A stretch of 64,000 bases of DNA from Planctomycetota bacterium (GTDB lineage: Bacteria; Planctomycetota; UBA8108; SXIK01), in the NCBI GenBank assembly GCA_965223265.1, contig OZ244999.1, forward strand, positions 1,568,001 through 1,632,000. The letters run 5' to 3'. Positions 40,427 to 51,400 of this stretch are shown piece after piece (position 1 is the first letter of the stretch; every line of letters begins with the position of its first letter). The notes beneath the pieces were generated by a model, which did not search any database, was not told the origin of the DNA, and worked only from the letters and a program-made list of their open reading frames with translations. A program made the position numbers and the translations under genes.

Positions 40427-42769
40427 TCACTGAGGAAGTCCAAGGCTTGGCGTTGGGCCAAGTGGCGCCGACCCACGGCCGGGAAGTCCTGAGGGCATCG
40501 TTGGCACACCCGGTCTGGGAGCGCTGCCGAATGGCGCCGTCGGTACGCCTGCATTCGGTATCGACGGCTGAGGCACTGCGGGCATTTTGGGGCTCTTTTC
40601 TTGATCGCCGGGAGATTCTTTTGTCGCTGCTGCGATGAATTCCCTGTCGGTCTCGAGCTGGTCCTCTCCGAACTTTGAGGTGACGAACGATTCGAATTCG
40701 TCTTGTACTTCGGCATCTTGAGGTCTTTTGAGAAGATAGCTCAGATAGTCCGCCCGTGCGTTGTGTCGATATCCTACGGCGCGATAGGCGCGTGCCCTTG
40801 ACAGTAGGAAGATCAGATTGTTGGGTCGCAATGCGACCGCCTCGTTGAATAGTGAGAGCCCGTCGTCGTAGCGCTCCAACGAGTAATACGCCATAGCGAG
40901 GTTCGCTACCGCCAGAGCATACTCTGGGTCGAGTCGAAGCGCTTCTTCGAGGAGCTCAGTCGCATGTTCTGGCATTTCAGCTTCGGCAAGGGTGCCGCCC
41001 AGATTGTTCAGCGCCTCCTTGAGACCCCAGGAGTACTCCGCGGCCCGAAGAATTGCAGCCGCAGCAGTTTCTTTGTCGTCGAGAGCGATTGCGGTGCGAG
41101 CCCGTGCGTAGTAGTAATCCGACAAGATCAGGTCAACGCCAAAGGCTCCCGAAGGGCGTTCAAGGCTTGCTGGCCGAAACGAAAGCGCGTCCCACGTCTC
41201 CGTCAGCTGCTCACCATCCGGAGTTTGGCCACCGTCGACCACCTCGAACACAAGTCCAGACGTCTGTAGCTCGTATCCCCCGAGTCCTTCCTCTTGTTTC
41301 TTGGCCGTCAGATACACCGGGCGAAGTGAGTGTTTGATCAGATAGAGAACTTTTTCCGAGCTCGACTTGCCAAGAGGAGGTGCCACGGGAGGAGGGGACT
41401 CTCTCGAGAACACTTCTCGAAAGATTCTGTCTTCGACGTATCCGTACCGATCTCCGATCAGTACATCCGGCCTGAGCCCTTCGCACGCCTGAAGGTAGAT
41501 CAGGGGAAATGTTGAGTGGTCAGCCGCGGGAAAAATGATGGCTTCCGGTTTCAGGGACGAAAGAATGTTGCGTCCCCATTCGTCTGCCAAGTACTCGTCA
41601 CTATGATCGTTCGCGCGGAAATGGAGAACGAGCGGCGTCGACGCGACCAACACCGCGGCGACGGCGATGGCCGTGCGCGCCTGGGTCCGAAATCGTCGCC
41701 GGACGAAACGCTTACGAAGCCACCGTGCGCAGGCGGAGGCTCCGATTCCGAGCCAGAGAGCGCCGATCGCGTTCGCGGGAAGGAACATGACGCGCGTGAG
41801 GTGCAGATTCTCGCGGTCCGCCGGGTAGTTGAGCAGCCAGATGAAGCCGTAGCTCGTCATCACGAACAGTATCGTGAAGAGGAGCCATGTCGCCAAGTGC
41901 CGTCGCCGTTGAACCGCAAATCCCACGAGGGTAAGGAAAGCAAACGGCACGCCAAACTGTGACGCGAACGACTTGCAGAAACTCCAAGCGAGAATCGCCT
42001 GGTGGGCGAACGTTCGTGGTGTCGGCGTTTCGGACTGCGTGTATTGACGTCTGAGCAAATGGTCTTTGACGGCCGCGAGAGTTTCGGGGTTACCCCAGTC
42101 CATCACAGGATCGACAGCTGATCGTAGTGGTAGATAGAGCACGATCGAGAAACCCAACAAGAACGATAGCGCCATGTTGAGCAGTAGGATCGGCTGGCGG
42201 AAGAGATCCCAGTGGCGAAGGAACACCCAGCCGAGAAACACCGGTAAGAGTGGACCCATGGTACTGTGATTCGTCAAACTGAGTCCGAGTACGAATGCTG
42301 TTCCGTAGAGCCACCGCGTCTTGAACGTGTCTTCAAATCTGAAGAGAAGCCAGATGACACCGAGGAAAAAGAGCACGTTGAGGGTATAGACTTCCGCAAC
42401 GACACTCTGGTTCCAGAAGTCGCGGCTGAAAGCGAATGCGAGAGCTGCGCCGACCGCGATGGATAGACTGTGCGTCCAGCGAAGAACGAGAAGCGCAAGT
42501 ATTCCAACGCTCACGCTACCGAGCGTCGCCGACAGCAGGTTCACCCGCCAGGCCACACTGCCAAACGGTAGAAAGGTGAACGACTTGCCGAGGAGGCACC
42601 AAAGCGGGTAGCCCGGTGGGTGAGCGACACCGAGCGTGTAGGCTGCAGTGATGAGTTCACCACTGTCTTCGCTCGTCACCGTAGGTGCGAGCGTGATCCA
42701 GTAGACCGCGAACGATAGCAGGAAACTGAGCCAGAACGCTCGAATTCGCCGAGAACGAAACCTATTCAC
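40427..42769 (-). CDS. DUF2723 / TMEM260-like GT-C protein O-mannosyltransferase with C-terminal TPRs
   Basis: DSGELITAAYTLGVAHPPGYPL, PFGSVAWRVNL, AEVYTLN, YLPLRS...DWGNP motifs; multiple TM; TPRs (ALNNLG...ALRLDPEY); Pro-rich tail. Confidence 0.9.
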   Translation of the reverse strand: MNRFRSRRIRAFWLSFLLSFAVYWITLAPTVTSEDSGELITAAYTLGVAHPPGYPLWCLLGKSFTFLPFGSVAWRVNLLSATLGSVSVGILALLVLRWTHSLSIAVGAALAFAFSRDFWNQSVVAEVYTLNVLFFLGVIWLLFRFEDTFKTRWLYGTAFVLGLSLTNHSTMGPLLPVFLGWVFLRHWDLFRQPILLLNMALSFLLGFSIVLYLPLRSAVDPVMDWGNPETLAAVKDHLLRRQYTQSETPTPRTFAHQAILAWSFCKSFASQFGVPFAFLTLVGFAVQRRRHLATWLLFTILFVMTSYGFIWLLNYPADRENLHLTRVMFLPANAIGALWLGIGASACARWLRKRFVRRRFRTQARTAIAVAAVLVASTPLVLHFRANDHSDEYLADEWGRNILSSLKPEAIIFPAADHSTFPLIYLQACEGLRPDVLIGDRYGYVEDRIFREVFSRESPPPVAPPLGKSSSEKVLYLIKHSLRPVYLTAKKQEEGLGGYELQTSGLVFEVVDGGQTPDGEQLTETWDALSFRPASLERPSGAFGVDLILSDYYYARARTAIALDDKETAAAAILRAAEYSWGLKEALNNLGGTLAEAEMPEHATELLEEALRLDPEYALAVANLAMAYYSLERYDDGLSLFNEAVALRPNNLIFLLSRARAYRAVGYRHNARADYLSYLLKRPQDAEVQDEFESFVTSKFGEDQLETDREFIAAATKESPGDQEKSPKMPAVPQPSIPNAGVPTAPFGSAPRPGVPTMPSGLPGRGSAPLGPTPSLGLPQ

Positions 42770-43373
42770 GATGACTCCGTTTCAGGCTTGCTAAGGCCTT
42801 CTCTCTTTCCGCTTTCTCCTGTGCTGACTCTCCAGCCCTCGATTGAAGGGCCTCTAAGTCAGCCGGGGCACCACTCCGTCCGATGATCTCATAGGCGATG
42901 GAGCGGAGAATCCCGCTTGCTCGTTCTTCGCCAGAGATTTTTCGTGCTGCTTCAAGTGCGGCGACCGGGTCGCGTGTCGCGAGCCATTTCAGCAGCGTGG
43001 TGCGCAGGTGGTTCGGAAAGTACGGATTGTTGAGCGCATCGCGAAGCCTGTCGTCGTGAGCTCGCGAGTTCATGAGGGCGACGACCGCGGCGCGATTTGG
43101 TGCCGTCTCAAGCTGAGCCAGAGCGTCGTCGATCTTGACTTCCGGGAGGGGCTCCAAAACAGGCTCTGAGCTCGCCCTTTCAGCGCACTGGGCGCTGGTC
43201 GCCTCCGAAGTCTCCACGGCCATGCGCAATTCACTGATCGTGATCACCGCAATAAAGACAACGGCCGTCGTGGCAACGATTGGCGGCAGGGTCAACTTGA
43301 GTGCCATCTTTGAATCGTCCGCATCAGAGGGACCTTTTAATGATGTTGGCTTTGTGGTCGGTGTTTCAGGCAT
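42762..43373 (-). CDS. Single-TM protein with helical/HEAT-like domain, candidate anti-sigma or accessory factor
   Basis: Overlaps the sigma gene stop and the DUF2723 start; one TM followed by helical region. Confidence 0.55.
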   Translation of the reverse strand: MPETPTTKPTSLKGPSDADDSKMALKLTLPPIVATTAVVFIAVITISELRMAVETSEATSAQCAERASSEPVLEPLPEVKIDDALAQLETAPNRAAVVALMNSRAHDDRLRDALNNPYFPNHLRTTLLKWLATRDPVAALEAARKISGEERASGILRSIAYEIIGRSGAPADLEALQSRAGESAQEKAEREKALASLKRSHRE

Positions 43374-43936
43374 TACTTCCGCTCCACTTTTAAGATTCGA
43401 CGCAGCTGTGAACGAGCTCTTTGTAGCCGTTTGTACACTGTCCAGTCGGAGACACCTAGTAACTCGGCGATCGTCGGCACGTCGAGATTGTCGAAGTACA
43501 TGAGTCGGACGACGACAGCAAGGTCCTGGGTGAGCGTCTCCAGAAGCAGACTCACCGTCTCCGAGAGCTCTTCTCGATCGTTCTGATGTTCCACCTCGGT
43601 CTGCTTCTCGCGCAGTTCACTGCTCCTCCTGTGCACATAGTTCTTTTCAAAAGCTCTCTTGCGTGCAGCGTCTCTACGCTCAATGTTTTTAACAAGGAAT
43701 CTCGCGGTGCAACACAGATGCCTGAAGAGTCGCTCGGAGGAAACATCCAGCGGCTCCGATTCACACCGTCTCGCAAGAACGACGCTGTACGTTTCTTGAA
43801 CGACATCCTCGGCCTCGATGAATGAGATCCTCCGCGAGGAGATCGCATCGATGTATCCGAGCAATCGAGGGCGTGCCTCCTGAAGCAACGTCCCCAAGTC
43901 ATCCACGTCAAGAGACGAAAGAGTTTCCCTATTCAT
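43373..43936 (-). CDS. ECF-type RNA polymerase sigma-70 factor
   Basis: AEDVVQET region 2; IAELLGVSDWTVYKRLQRAR region 4 HTH. Confidence 0.88.
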   Translation of the reverse strand: MNRETLSSLDVDDLGTLLQEARPRLLGYIDAISSRRISFIEAEDVVQETYSVVLARRCESEPLDVSSERLFRHLCCTARFLVKNIERRDAARKRAFEKNYVHRRSSELREKQTEVEHQNDREELSETVSLLLETLTQDLAVVVRLMYFDNLDVPTIAELLGVSDWTVYKRLQRARSQLRRILKVERK

Positions 43937-44220
43937 GGCACCCCCCACCCGGTGATGGACGCTCAACGCGCCAGGGTCGCGGTGAAGACTAAGGTTCTGT
44001 CTCTAAGAATTTGGTCGCCCGCGAGGAGTTTCTCTTTCCCCGTAATGAGAGATGTCGCGAGTGCAGACTTTTTGGACAAAGAAAAAGCATTTGTCAGAAC
44101 TTTACTTTTTCGTCCAAAGCTGACTGCCGCGCCACATCTCCAGGTATAGGGCCGCGACAGTTTGAGCGCAACCTTTTTTGCAAAGCGACGCCAGGAGGAA
44201 AGAGATGGCAGCTTCCGTAG

Positions 44221-45837
44221 GGGTGGCCATCTCGCATTTGATGATCGCATAAGGACTTACGATGACGAACGCCCTGCTTCGTGACAAATTGGTCGCAGTG
44301 CGAAACGCGGAAGCAGGGCGTGTCGATGAATTTTCGATGAAATGGGCAGAGCCTTTGGTAGAAGGACGCTCGCAAAAAAGTGTTCGACTACGAAAGGATG
44401 CCCAAGATGAAGAGAGATTACATCGATGACGACGCGCTCGATACCCCTGCCTTCGAAGCATTGCGGAACTATCTTCGCGAGCACCGGTCGCAACCGATCG
44501 GCGAGTGTGGGGACTTCGAGGAGCACGAGCGGGAAGTTCACCGTCTGATGTCCGTGTGTGAGACGGAGTTGCTCGCCGAGGATCTCGTTCGACACGACGT
44601 GGAGGCCAAGTACATCCGGGTGGACGGCGTCCGCCACCGCAAAGCGTTTCGCGCCGAGCAGACGTACGTTGGGCAGTCTGGATCGATGAAGGTCGAAAGG
44701 AACGTCTACCAACCCATCGGCGGAGGCCCTTCGGTCTGCCCCCTGGAATTGCGAAGCGGCATTGTCGAGGGGGCGTGGACCCCGCGAGCGGCACGGATCA
44801 TGGCGACCATGGTGGCCGAAATTCCTCCGAGTGACGCCGCGAGCATCATTGCTGAATTTGGTGGCATGGCTCCGTCGAGCAGCAGTTTGGATCGACTACC
44901 AAAACTTCTCTCGGAGGATTGGGAGGCGCACCGATTGGATTGGGAGGAAACCCTTCGCAGCCAGGACCGCGTGCCGACCGAAGCTTCCGTCATCGCCGTT
45001 TCCCTCGACGGCGTACACGTGCCACTGAAGAAGGAGGAGGTGCAGCATGATCCGAACAACAAGAACGGTTATCGCGAGGCAAGCTGCGGGACGGTGACGT
45101 ACCTGGACAAGGACGGCAAGCGAATCTCGACGGTTCGCTTCGCGAGGATGCCAGAGAGCAAGAAGCGAACTCTGAAGGCGCAGTTGGAGGCGGAGTTCAC
45201 CTGGGCGATGGAGCAACGTCCCGACCTTACCGTGGTGAAGATCGCCGACGGTGCTCCGGACAATTGGGAGTTCTTGCAGGAACTTGGAGACGGTTGCGGA
45301 GTCGAAATCCTCGACTTCTATCACGCTGCAGCGCATCTGAAGGAAGCCGCCGATGCGGTCTACGGGACTGAAACTCCGGAAGCCCGGGCATTCTTCCAGT
45401 CGTGGAGAACCACACTGAAGGAGGATCCCCAGGGGGCCGACAAAATCATCCGTGCTGTGCGGTATCGACGGGACAAGGCTGACGGCAAAGCTCGTAAGAC
45501 GTTGACAGCCGCACTGAAATATTTCCGTTCGATGCGAAATGGAATGGAATACCACGCCTACAAGGAAGCGTGCTTGCCGATCGGAAGCGGCGTGGTAGAG
45601 GCCGCGTGCAAGACCCTCGTGAGCGAGCGGCTCAAGCAGTCCGGCATGCGTTGGACGCTACGCGGCGGACAGGCGATTCTGACGCTTCGAAGTCTTCTCC
45701 AAAGCACTCGGTGGGACAATGCCTGGGACGTTCTCGCTCGTTCCTACAAAGCCGAGATCCGAGTCGATGGCCAGCGTCAACACCGACCGCAAGCAGCGTG
45801 AGATGTGCCGCAAATTCGAAATACGAGACGGTCACCC
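44221..45837 (+). mobile_element. Insertion sequence, ISKra4/ISLre2-like (Mutator-type DDE), 1617 bp
   Basis: Inverted ends GGGTGGCCATCTCGCATTT vs GGGTGACCGTCTCGTATTT (16/19); direct repeat CTTCCGTAG at 44212-44220 and 45838-45846. Confidence 0.92.
44380..45801 (+). CDS. ISKra4/ISLre2-like transposase
   Basis: SLDG, ADGA, LDFYHA and LPIGSGVVEAACK...RLKQSGMRW motifs; intact frame. Confidence 0.9.
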   Translation: MFDYERMPKMKRDYIDDDALDTPAFEALRNYLREHRSQPIGECGDFEEHEREVHRLMSVCETELLAEDLVRHDVEAKYIRVDGVRHRKAFRAEQTYVGQSGSMKVERNVYQPIGGGPSVCPLELRSGIVEGAWTPRAARIMATMVAEIPPSDAASIIAEFGGMAPSSSSLDRLPKLLSEDWEAHRLDWEETLRSQDRVPTEASVIAVSLDGVHVPLKKEEVQHDPNNKNGYREASCGTVTYLDKDGKRISTVRFARMPESKKRTLKAQLEAEFTWAMEQRPDLTVVKIADGAPDNWEFLQELGDGCGVEILDFYHAAAHLKEAADAVYGTETPEARAFFQSWRTTLKEDPQGADKIIRAVRYRRDKADGKARKTLTAALKYFRSMRNGMEYHAYKEACLPIGSGVVEAACKTLVSERLKQSGMRWTLRGGQAILTLRSLLQSTRWDNAWDVLARSYKAEIRVDGQRQHRPQAA

Positions 45838-47598
45838 CTTCCGTAGTCCTTCTTCCTACCTACAACGAGCGTGAGAACATACGACAGATTCTTCCACGAC
45901 TCGGTGCACTTCGCAGCGTCGATGTATTTGTCATCGATGACTCTTCACCCGATGGCACAGCAACGCTTGCGCGTTCGCTGGGGAAAGAGATCGGCGGAGT
46001 CTCGGTCATCGTTCGCAAAGAGAAACAGGGACTCGGAAGAGCTTACGTTCACGGGCTGAAGCGCGCGCTTGCGGAGGGGTACGAACGCATCGTTACGATG
46101 GATGCTGACCTTTCCCACTCGCCCGAGGACGTGCCACGTCTACTTAACGGGCTCGAAAGCGCCGAGGTTGCGATCGGATCGCGGCACGTAAGTGGGGGCG
46201 GGGTCGAGGATTGGCCCCTGTCTCGTCGGGTTTTGAGTCGCTGCGGCAGCCTCTATGCAAGGACACTGCTTCGCCTCCCGGCGAGTGACGTGACCAGTGG
46301 ATTTCGAGCCTATCGTGCGGAAGCACTGGAGTATCTCGATTGGGACGAATTCGAGTCGAACGGGTTTGTCTATCAGATCGAGATTCTGCGCCGGATTCTT
46401 GACATCCCCGGTGCGCGCGTGAGTGAGGTTCCTATTGTTTTTCGTAACAGAAGGTTGGGTGACTCTAAGCTGTCGCATGGCATTGTCACGGAAGCGATCG
46501 CTGAAGTTGCAAAGCTTTGTCTCAGGAAGAGATCGATCCCGGAGCGCTGCTTTGTGCCGCCTGACTCCAAAGTGCAGTCGAGCCTTGAGCATTTCGTCGA
46601 TGTCGAGGCGTTTGCCGCTGCGCGTTCTTTACGCAATTATGATTATAGTTCGGCGGATGATCTACTCCCTACAGACTACGCAAAATCTAGACTCTTCCGC
46701 TCTGCAAAGCAACGGAGCTTGATAGGACGTTCTCGCGACAACGATTCAGGCCCTTCGGCGGCTCCAAGGGCCTTTGACGGGAAGGAATGCGACTACGTGC
46801 TGCTCGGGGCAGAGCCTGCGTCGGTGGCGACCCGACGGTACTTGAGTGTCCTACAGCGCGACCCGAACGTCGCCGCCGTCGGCGGACCGGCGGTTCCGGC
46901 CGCAGGTCAGGCCGAGGGGCTCACAGAGTCGGTTCTCGGGGACCCGTGGATTGTCGGTCGTCGCGCTGCACGCTGGCGGAGCTTCGGCTGTGCACGTTTC
47001 GTGGATGAGCGTGAGCTCAGTCCTGCGAATCTTTGCGTCCGTAAGGCGCTCGTTGCGCGAGATCACGACTCCTGCAGCGCACGAGGCTCCGAGGTGACTG
47101 AAGTTCTCGGGCGACTTCGTCGTCGTGGTTTGCGTCTGGTCTACGACCCGAAGTCGTCAGCCGAGCGAAGCGCCACCACGAGACTCCAGCGGCGGGGGCT
47201 CTTTTCCGCAGGAATCGCTGAGGGCCGCCTGTGCACGCGGAGACGCAGCCTCACCGGGGCCGTGACGCTGCTGGGTGGTGTCGTGCTCGCGCTGTTGGCA
47301 TGGCGAAGCGGTCACGTGGCGGCCGTTCCTCTCGCTCTTGGAGCGACCTACGTCGCGTATCTCGGCGTCGTCGCCGCGCGTCATCTTCGCAAACGCAAGA
47401 CACTTCGCGCCGCGATGGCGATCGCCGCGCTCGGTTGTCTGTGGCAACTCGGTTACTTGGTGGGATCCGTCCAGGGATTCTTCTCGGCACGATCTACGTG
47501 ACCGCGGCGCGGCCTGTTGCCGCCATCCGATCCGTCCTCGCAATTCAAATCAGGAGAGGCCGACTTTGGCCATAGTCTAACCAAGGTGGAGACCAGAG

Positions 47599-48426
47599 AT
47601 GAAACGTATCGCGCTTTCGTCCTGCATGGCAGTGCTTGTTGCGGCTGTGTGTTTCATTGTCGTTCGCGGCGTCGGAGTGCGTGCGGCGCAGGAGTCACCC
47701 CTTTCGTTCTTTGCGACGCCGAGCGTTGTGCCGCCGGGGGAAGGCTGGGTCTTCATCGGCGGCAAGGACGGACTACCAGAGGACGCGCGCGTTGACAGCC
47801 TCAGCGGTGACGTTGTGGTTCTCGAGACGCAGCGCCTTTCAAGGACGTCCATGGCCGTGCGACTGCAGGTGGGTACGCAGGCGCTGGGGAATCTCCTCCT
47901 GCTGAGCTCCGAACTGCTGGCGGCGTCTGAGGAGGTGGCTGTTGTCCGCGGTTTCAATGCCATGCCACTGCTGACGGATCCCGCCAACTACACCGAGGAC
48001 GACGTGATCGACGGCAAGCTGATCGTCGATGACGAGCATTTCATCTACGCGTTCCATCCAGCCCCGGACGTCGAGCTCGACGCGGTGCGTGTCCACAACC
48101 GCCAGACCGGGAGGTGGCACACGCTGGAGTACGGGGAGGAGCGTGCGATTGAGGCGGTGCGCGACGAAGAGCGGCGGGCCCGAGTCGCGGCCGACCCGAA
48201 CTTTCACGAGACCGACGAGCTCATCTCGCTCCCCGACACCGACGGCGATGGCATTTACGACTTCGAGGAAGAGCCTGAGCCAGAAGTTGCTCGTCCCGAT
48301 TTTGTCGGCGTGACGGTCGTTCCCGGCGACAACGTGATCGACGTCGTCGCGATCGACACGCTAGGGAACGCATCGTGGGAGACGCTCTATGTATTCTCGC
48401 TTGGCAGCGCAGAGGAGGCGAGGTGA
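47599..48426 (+). CDS. Exported protein with IPT/TIG-like Ig domain, DxDGDG Ca-binding motif and C-terminal Ig-like strand pair
   Basis: Signal peptide ending VRA-AQ; TPSVVPPG...SRTSMAVRLQV; DTDGDGIYD; PGDNVIDVVAIDTLGN. Confidence 0.7.
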   Translation: MKRIALSSCMAVLVAAVCFIVVRGVGVRAAQESPLSFFATPSVVPPGEGWVFIGGKDGLPEDARVDSLSGDVVVLETQRLSRTSMAVRLQVGTQALGNLLLLSSELLAASEEVAVVRGFNAMPLLTDPANYTEDDVIDGKLIVDDEHFIYAFHPAPDVELDAVRVHNRQTGRWHTLEYGEERAIEAVRDEERRARVAADPNFHETDELISLPDTDGDGIYDFEEEPEPEVARPDFVGVTVVPGDNVIDVVAIDTLGNASWETLYVFSLGSAEEAR

Positions 48427-48429
48427 GAC

Positions 48430-51400
48430 ATGAATAGCAAACGACTCTCTGATCTCACGCAGTCCCTAGACAAGAAGAAATCACACTCACTGACGAGGTC
48501 CAAGATGAAAGAGCACCTGCGAGGACGCCGGGCAGAGTTGTACTTCACGGCCGTTGGTCTCACGCTTCTGACGGCGCTTTTTGCTGCGTACTTGACCGTA
48601 CGTCAGGTGAAGTCTGCTTCTGCTGTCTACGAGAGTGGCCCGCGGCTCTTTTCTCAGTCGACAAGCGAGGTGGTCCCGGGAGCAAGCCAGCAGGTGCTGG
48701 TGGTTGGAGAGGAAACTCACTTCGGACCAGAAAGCACGATTCACAGCGAAGTAGACGGCGTCTACTTCGACTCGGTCGGGTTTGCCTCGGAGGGCGAACT
48801 CTGGTTCAGCATTTTCGTCACGAGCGAAGCGCAGAGAGCCGAGGGGTCTGAGATCCCGGTGAGCGTGCACTCGCCGAAGCGCGATGGCACGGTGGAGGAG
48901 CTGCCGCTGAGCTTGCGCCTGACCCACCGTGCGGCGCCCCTCGAGCTCGATCTGGTCAATCTACCCGACGACGGCGAAGCTGTCGTGCCGACGGAGCACG
49001 CCATGCTCGGCTACGAGCCTCGCGGCTACGCTCCCTTTCACTTGGAGGTCGTGAATCTCGAGACCGGAGAGACGCAGAGGCAGGAGACACAGCAAAAGCG
49101 TGAGCACTTGGGGGTGCCGCTCGAGCTCGGCGTGAATGCGTTTCAACTCACTCTTCGCGACGCGCTGGGGCGAGAGGTCACAGAAGTCGTCGAGGTCTAT
49201 CGAGAAAGCCCGGAAGCGAAGCAGCTAGCCGCCGCATTCAAGGCTGAAATGGCCTTCATGGCCGACTACACGGGGCAGCCGACTCAGTGGTCCTCGGACC
49301 CAAGCGAGCAGGTGGCGGCGAGTGACTGTGTGCTGGGGAATAGCCTGATCGGCTGCGGCGCCGGTGGTGGCTGCGGCGGAGGAGGCATCTCCGCCCCGCC
49401 AAATGATTACGTCACGAGTCTCGGCGGTGTCGATGTACGCGGCGACGGAGTGCTGCTTCACAACGGGCAGTTCCGCCACGAGGTGGTCGATATGGTCATC
49501 CGCGGCCGTGGGCTCAATTTTACGTTCAAGCGCACGTACCAGAGCGGCAACTACGACAAGCTCGACGGATACCTTGGGGCGGGCTGGGACTTCAACTGGG
49601 GGACTCACTTTCTCAACACCGGAAAATTCTCCCGTGGGGACAATCGACGCGACACCTACAGCAACCTTCAGAAAGTTGGAGGCGAGCAGGTCTTTCAGAC
49701 GCATCCCAAAGGTTACTACGACATCAAAACGTACACGAAGACGAGCGAAATCTTCCAGATCAAACGCAACGGACTCGAGCAGACGTTTGACGAGGCGACG
49801 GGACGCCTGAAAAGTCGCGAGGACCGCTATGGCAACCTATTCACCGCGTCCTACAGCATCGCCGGCAAGATGACGAAGCTCACCGACACGCTTGGGCGTG
49901 AGATCTCGTTCCTTTATCACACCTCGGGCGACGGGCAGGGGCGTCTGCGGAAAGTGGAGGATTTCGATGGTCGTCAAGTAGAGTACGAGTACGCATCAAA
50001 GGGAGGGCGCATCGTCCTGACAAAAGTGAAATACCCGTCGACGTCATGGATCAATGAGTCGGGAAATCCGGTGACTCAAAGTCGTACGAACGAGTACGAG
50101 TATGACAACACCAACGGTCGCCTAACGGCAGTCGTTGACGGGCGAGGGAACACGCGAGTCGACAACGCGTATGATGCCAACGGCCGCGTCACTGCACAAA
50201 CGGTCTACGGCGGCGCGTCTGACTACACGTTCGACTACACCGTGAGCTCTGGAAAAGTCGACGACGTTACCTATGTGACTCCTGAAGGAAACGAGTCGAG
50301 GTTCTATTTCGACTCCTCAGAGCATCTTTCGACGAAGGTCGAAGTTGACTACAAGGCGCTCGGCGCCACCACAACGTCGACGGCGACGACTCTGATCACC
50401 CGCGGATGTGACTGCACCGTGCCAACCGCTGTGCAAGAGCCTGACGACGGCTACACAGAGTGGACGATCGATAGCGATGGCAACGTGACGGAGGTGCTCC
50501 AGTATTTTGACGACCAGAGCCCGTACACGAAAACGGCGGGATCTGACCTCGTGAAAAAGGCCTACCACGCGCCGGTTTCAGACACTGAGTTCGGCGTCAT
50601 GACGAAGTTCGTTGGGCCGATGGCGTTCACCGCAACTCCCGATGAGAACAAGTACGCCATAGAAATTACCTACGACACGAGCGGAAATCCGACTGACATC
50701 ACGAAAGCAGATACAACGAATCCTACTCAAACACTCGTCATCGAAGAGAGGACGTATAACAGCTATGGACAACTGCTCACGGTCTCGGGTGAAGAGGGCA
50801 TGGAAACCAACTATACGTACTTCACGTCCGGAACTCAGGATGGGTACTTGGAAAAAGTCCGTGTGAAATACAGGACCACCGCTTCGTATCTAGAGACCGT
50901 CTTCACATATAACGTCTTTGGTTTTATCGCTTCAAGACGAGATCCAGAAGGGAACTATACGTCTTTCTCTCGAAACGATGAACAAGTCGTTACGATCGTG
51001 ACGTCTCCCTCGCCGTTTTCTTACAAGACGCACACGGATTACAACCTGAACCGGCAGGTGGTCAAGACTGAACTCGAGAACCGCCACGGAACTGGTGCAC
51101 GAATCACCGGTAACGAATATTGGGAAACTGAGTTTCTCTACGACGCAGCGGGAAATCTCACGACACAAAAACGTGAAATTAGCCAATCGGGGGCGACTGT
51201 AACGTGGGCAGAAATCGACCGCGAGTACGACGACGACTACCGGCTCACTCTGGTTCGCGATCCTGAGAACCGTGAGACGAAGTTTGAGCTTGACGAGCGT
51301 GGCCTACCGACCAAGGTGCGACGAGGAAACGGCTCAGCTGACGAGAGCGTTGTCGAGCGGGACTTTGACGTGGACGGTCAGCTTGTAGAAATCACTGAAT

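Larger units (their letters stand above)
44205..47501 (+). pseudogene. Polyprenol-phosphate mannose synthase (DPM1/Ppm1-like GT2) fused to a degenerate second GT2/TM region, interrupted at codon 5-6 by an IS
   Basis: Removing 44221-45846 restores AGGAGG-RBS + MAASVVLLPTYNERENI; VIDDSSPDGT, GLGRAY, TMDADLSH, SGFRAY motifs; the frame downstream of the IS is fully open. Confidence 0.85.

Noticed and set aside
45570-45797. N-terminal extension of the 643-aa ORF in the ORF track
   Set aside because: It is an alternative frame of the transposase 3' end; the native start is ATG 44205 on the other side of the IS
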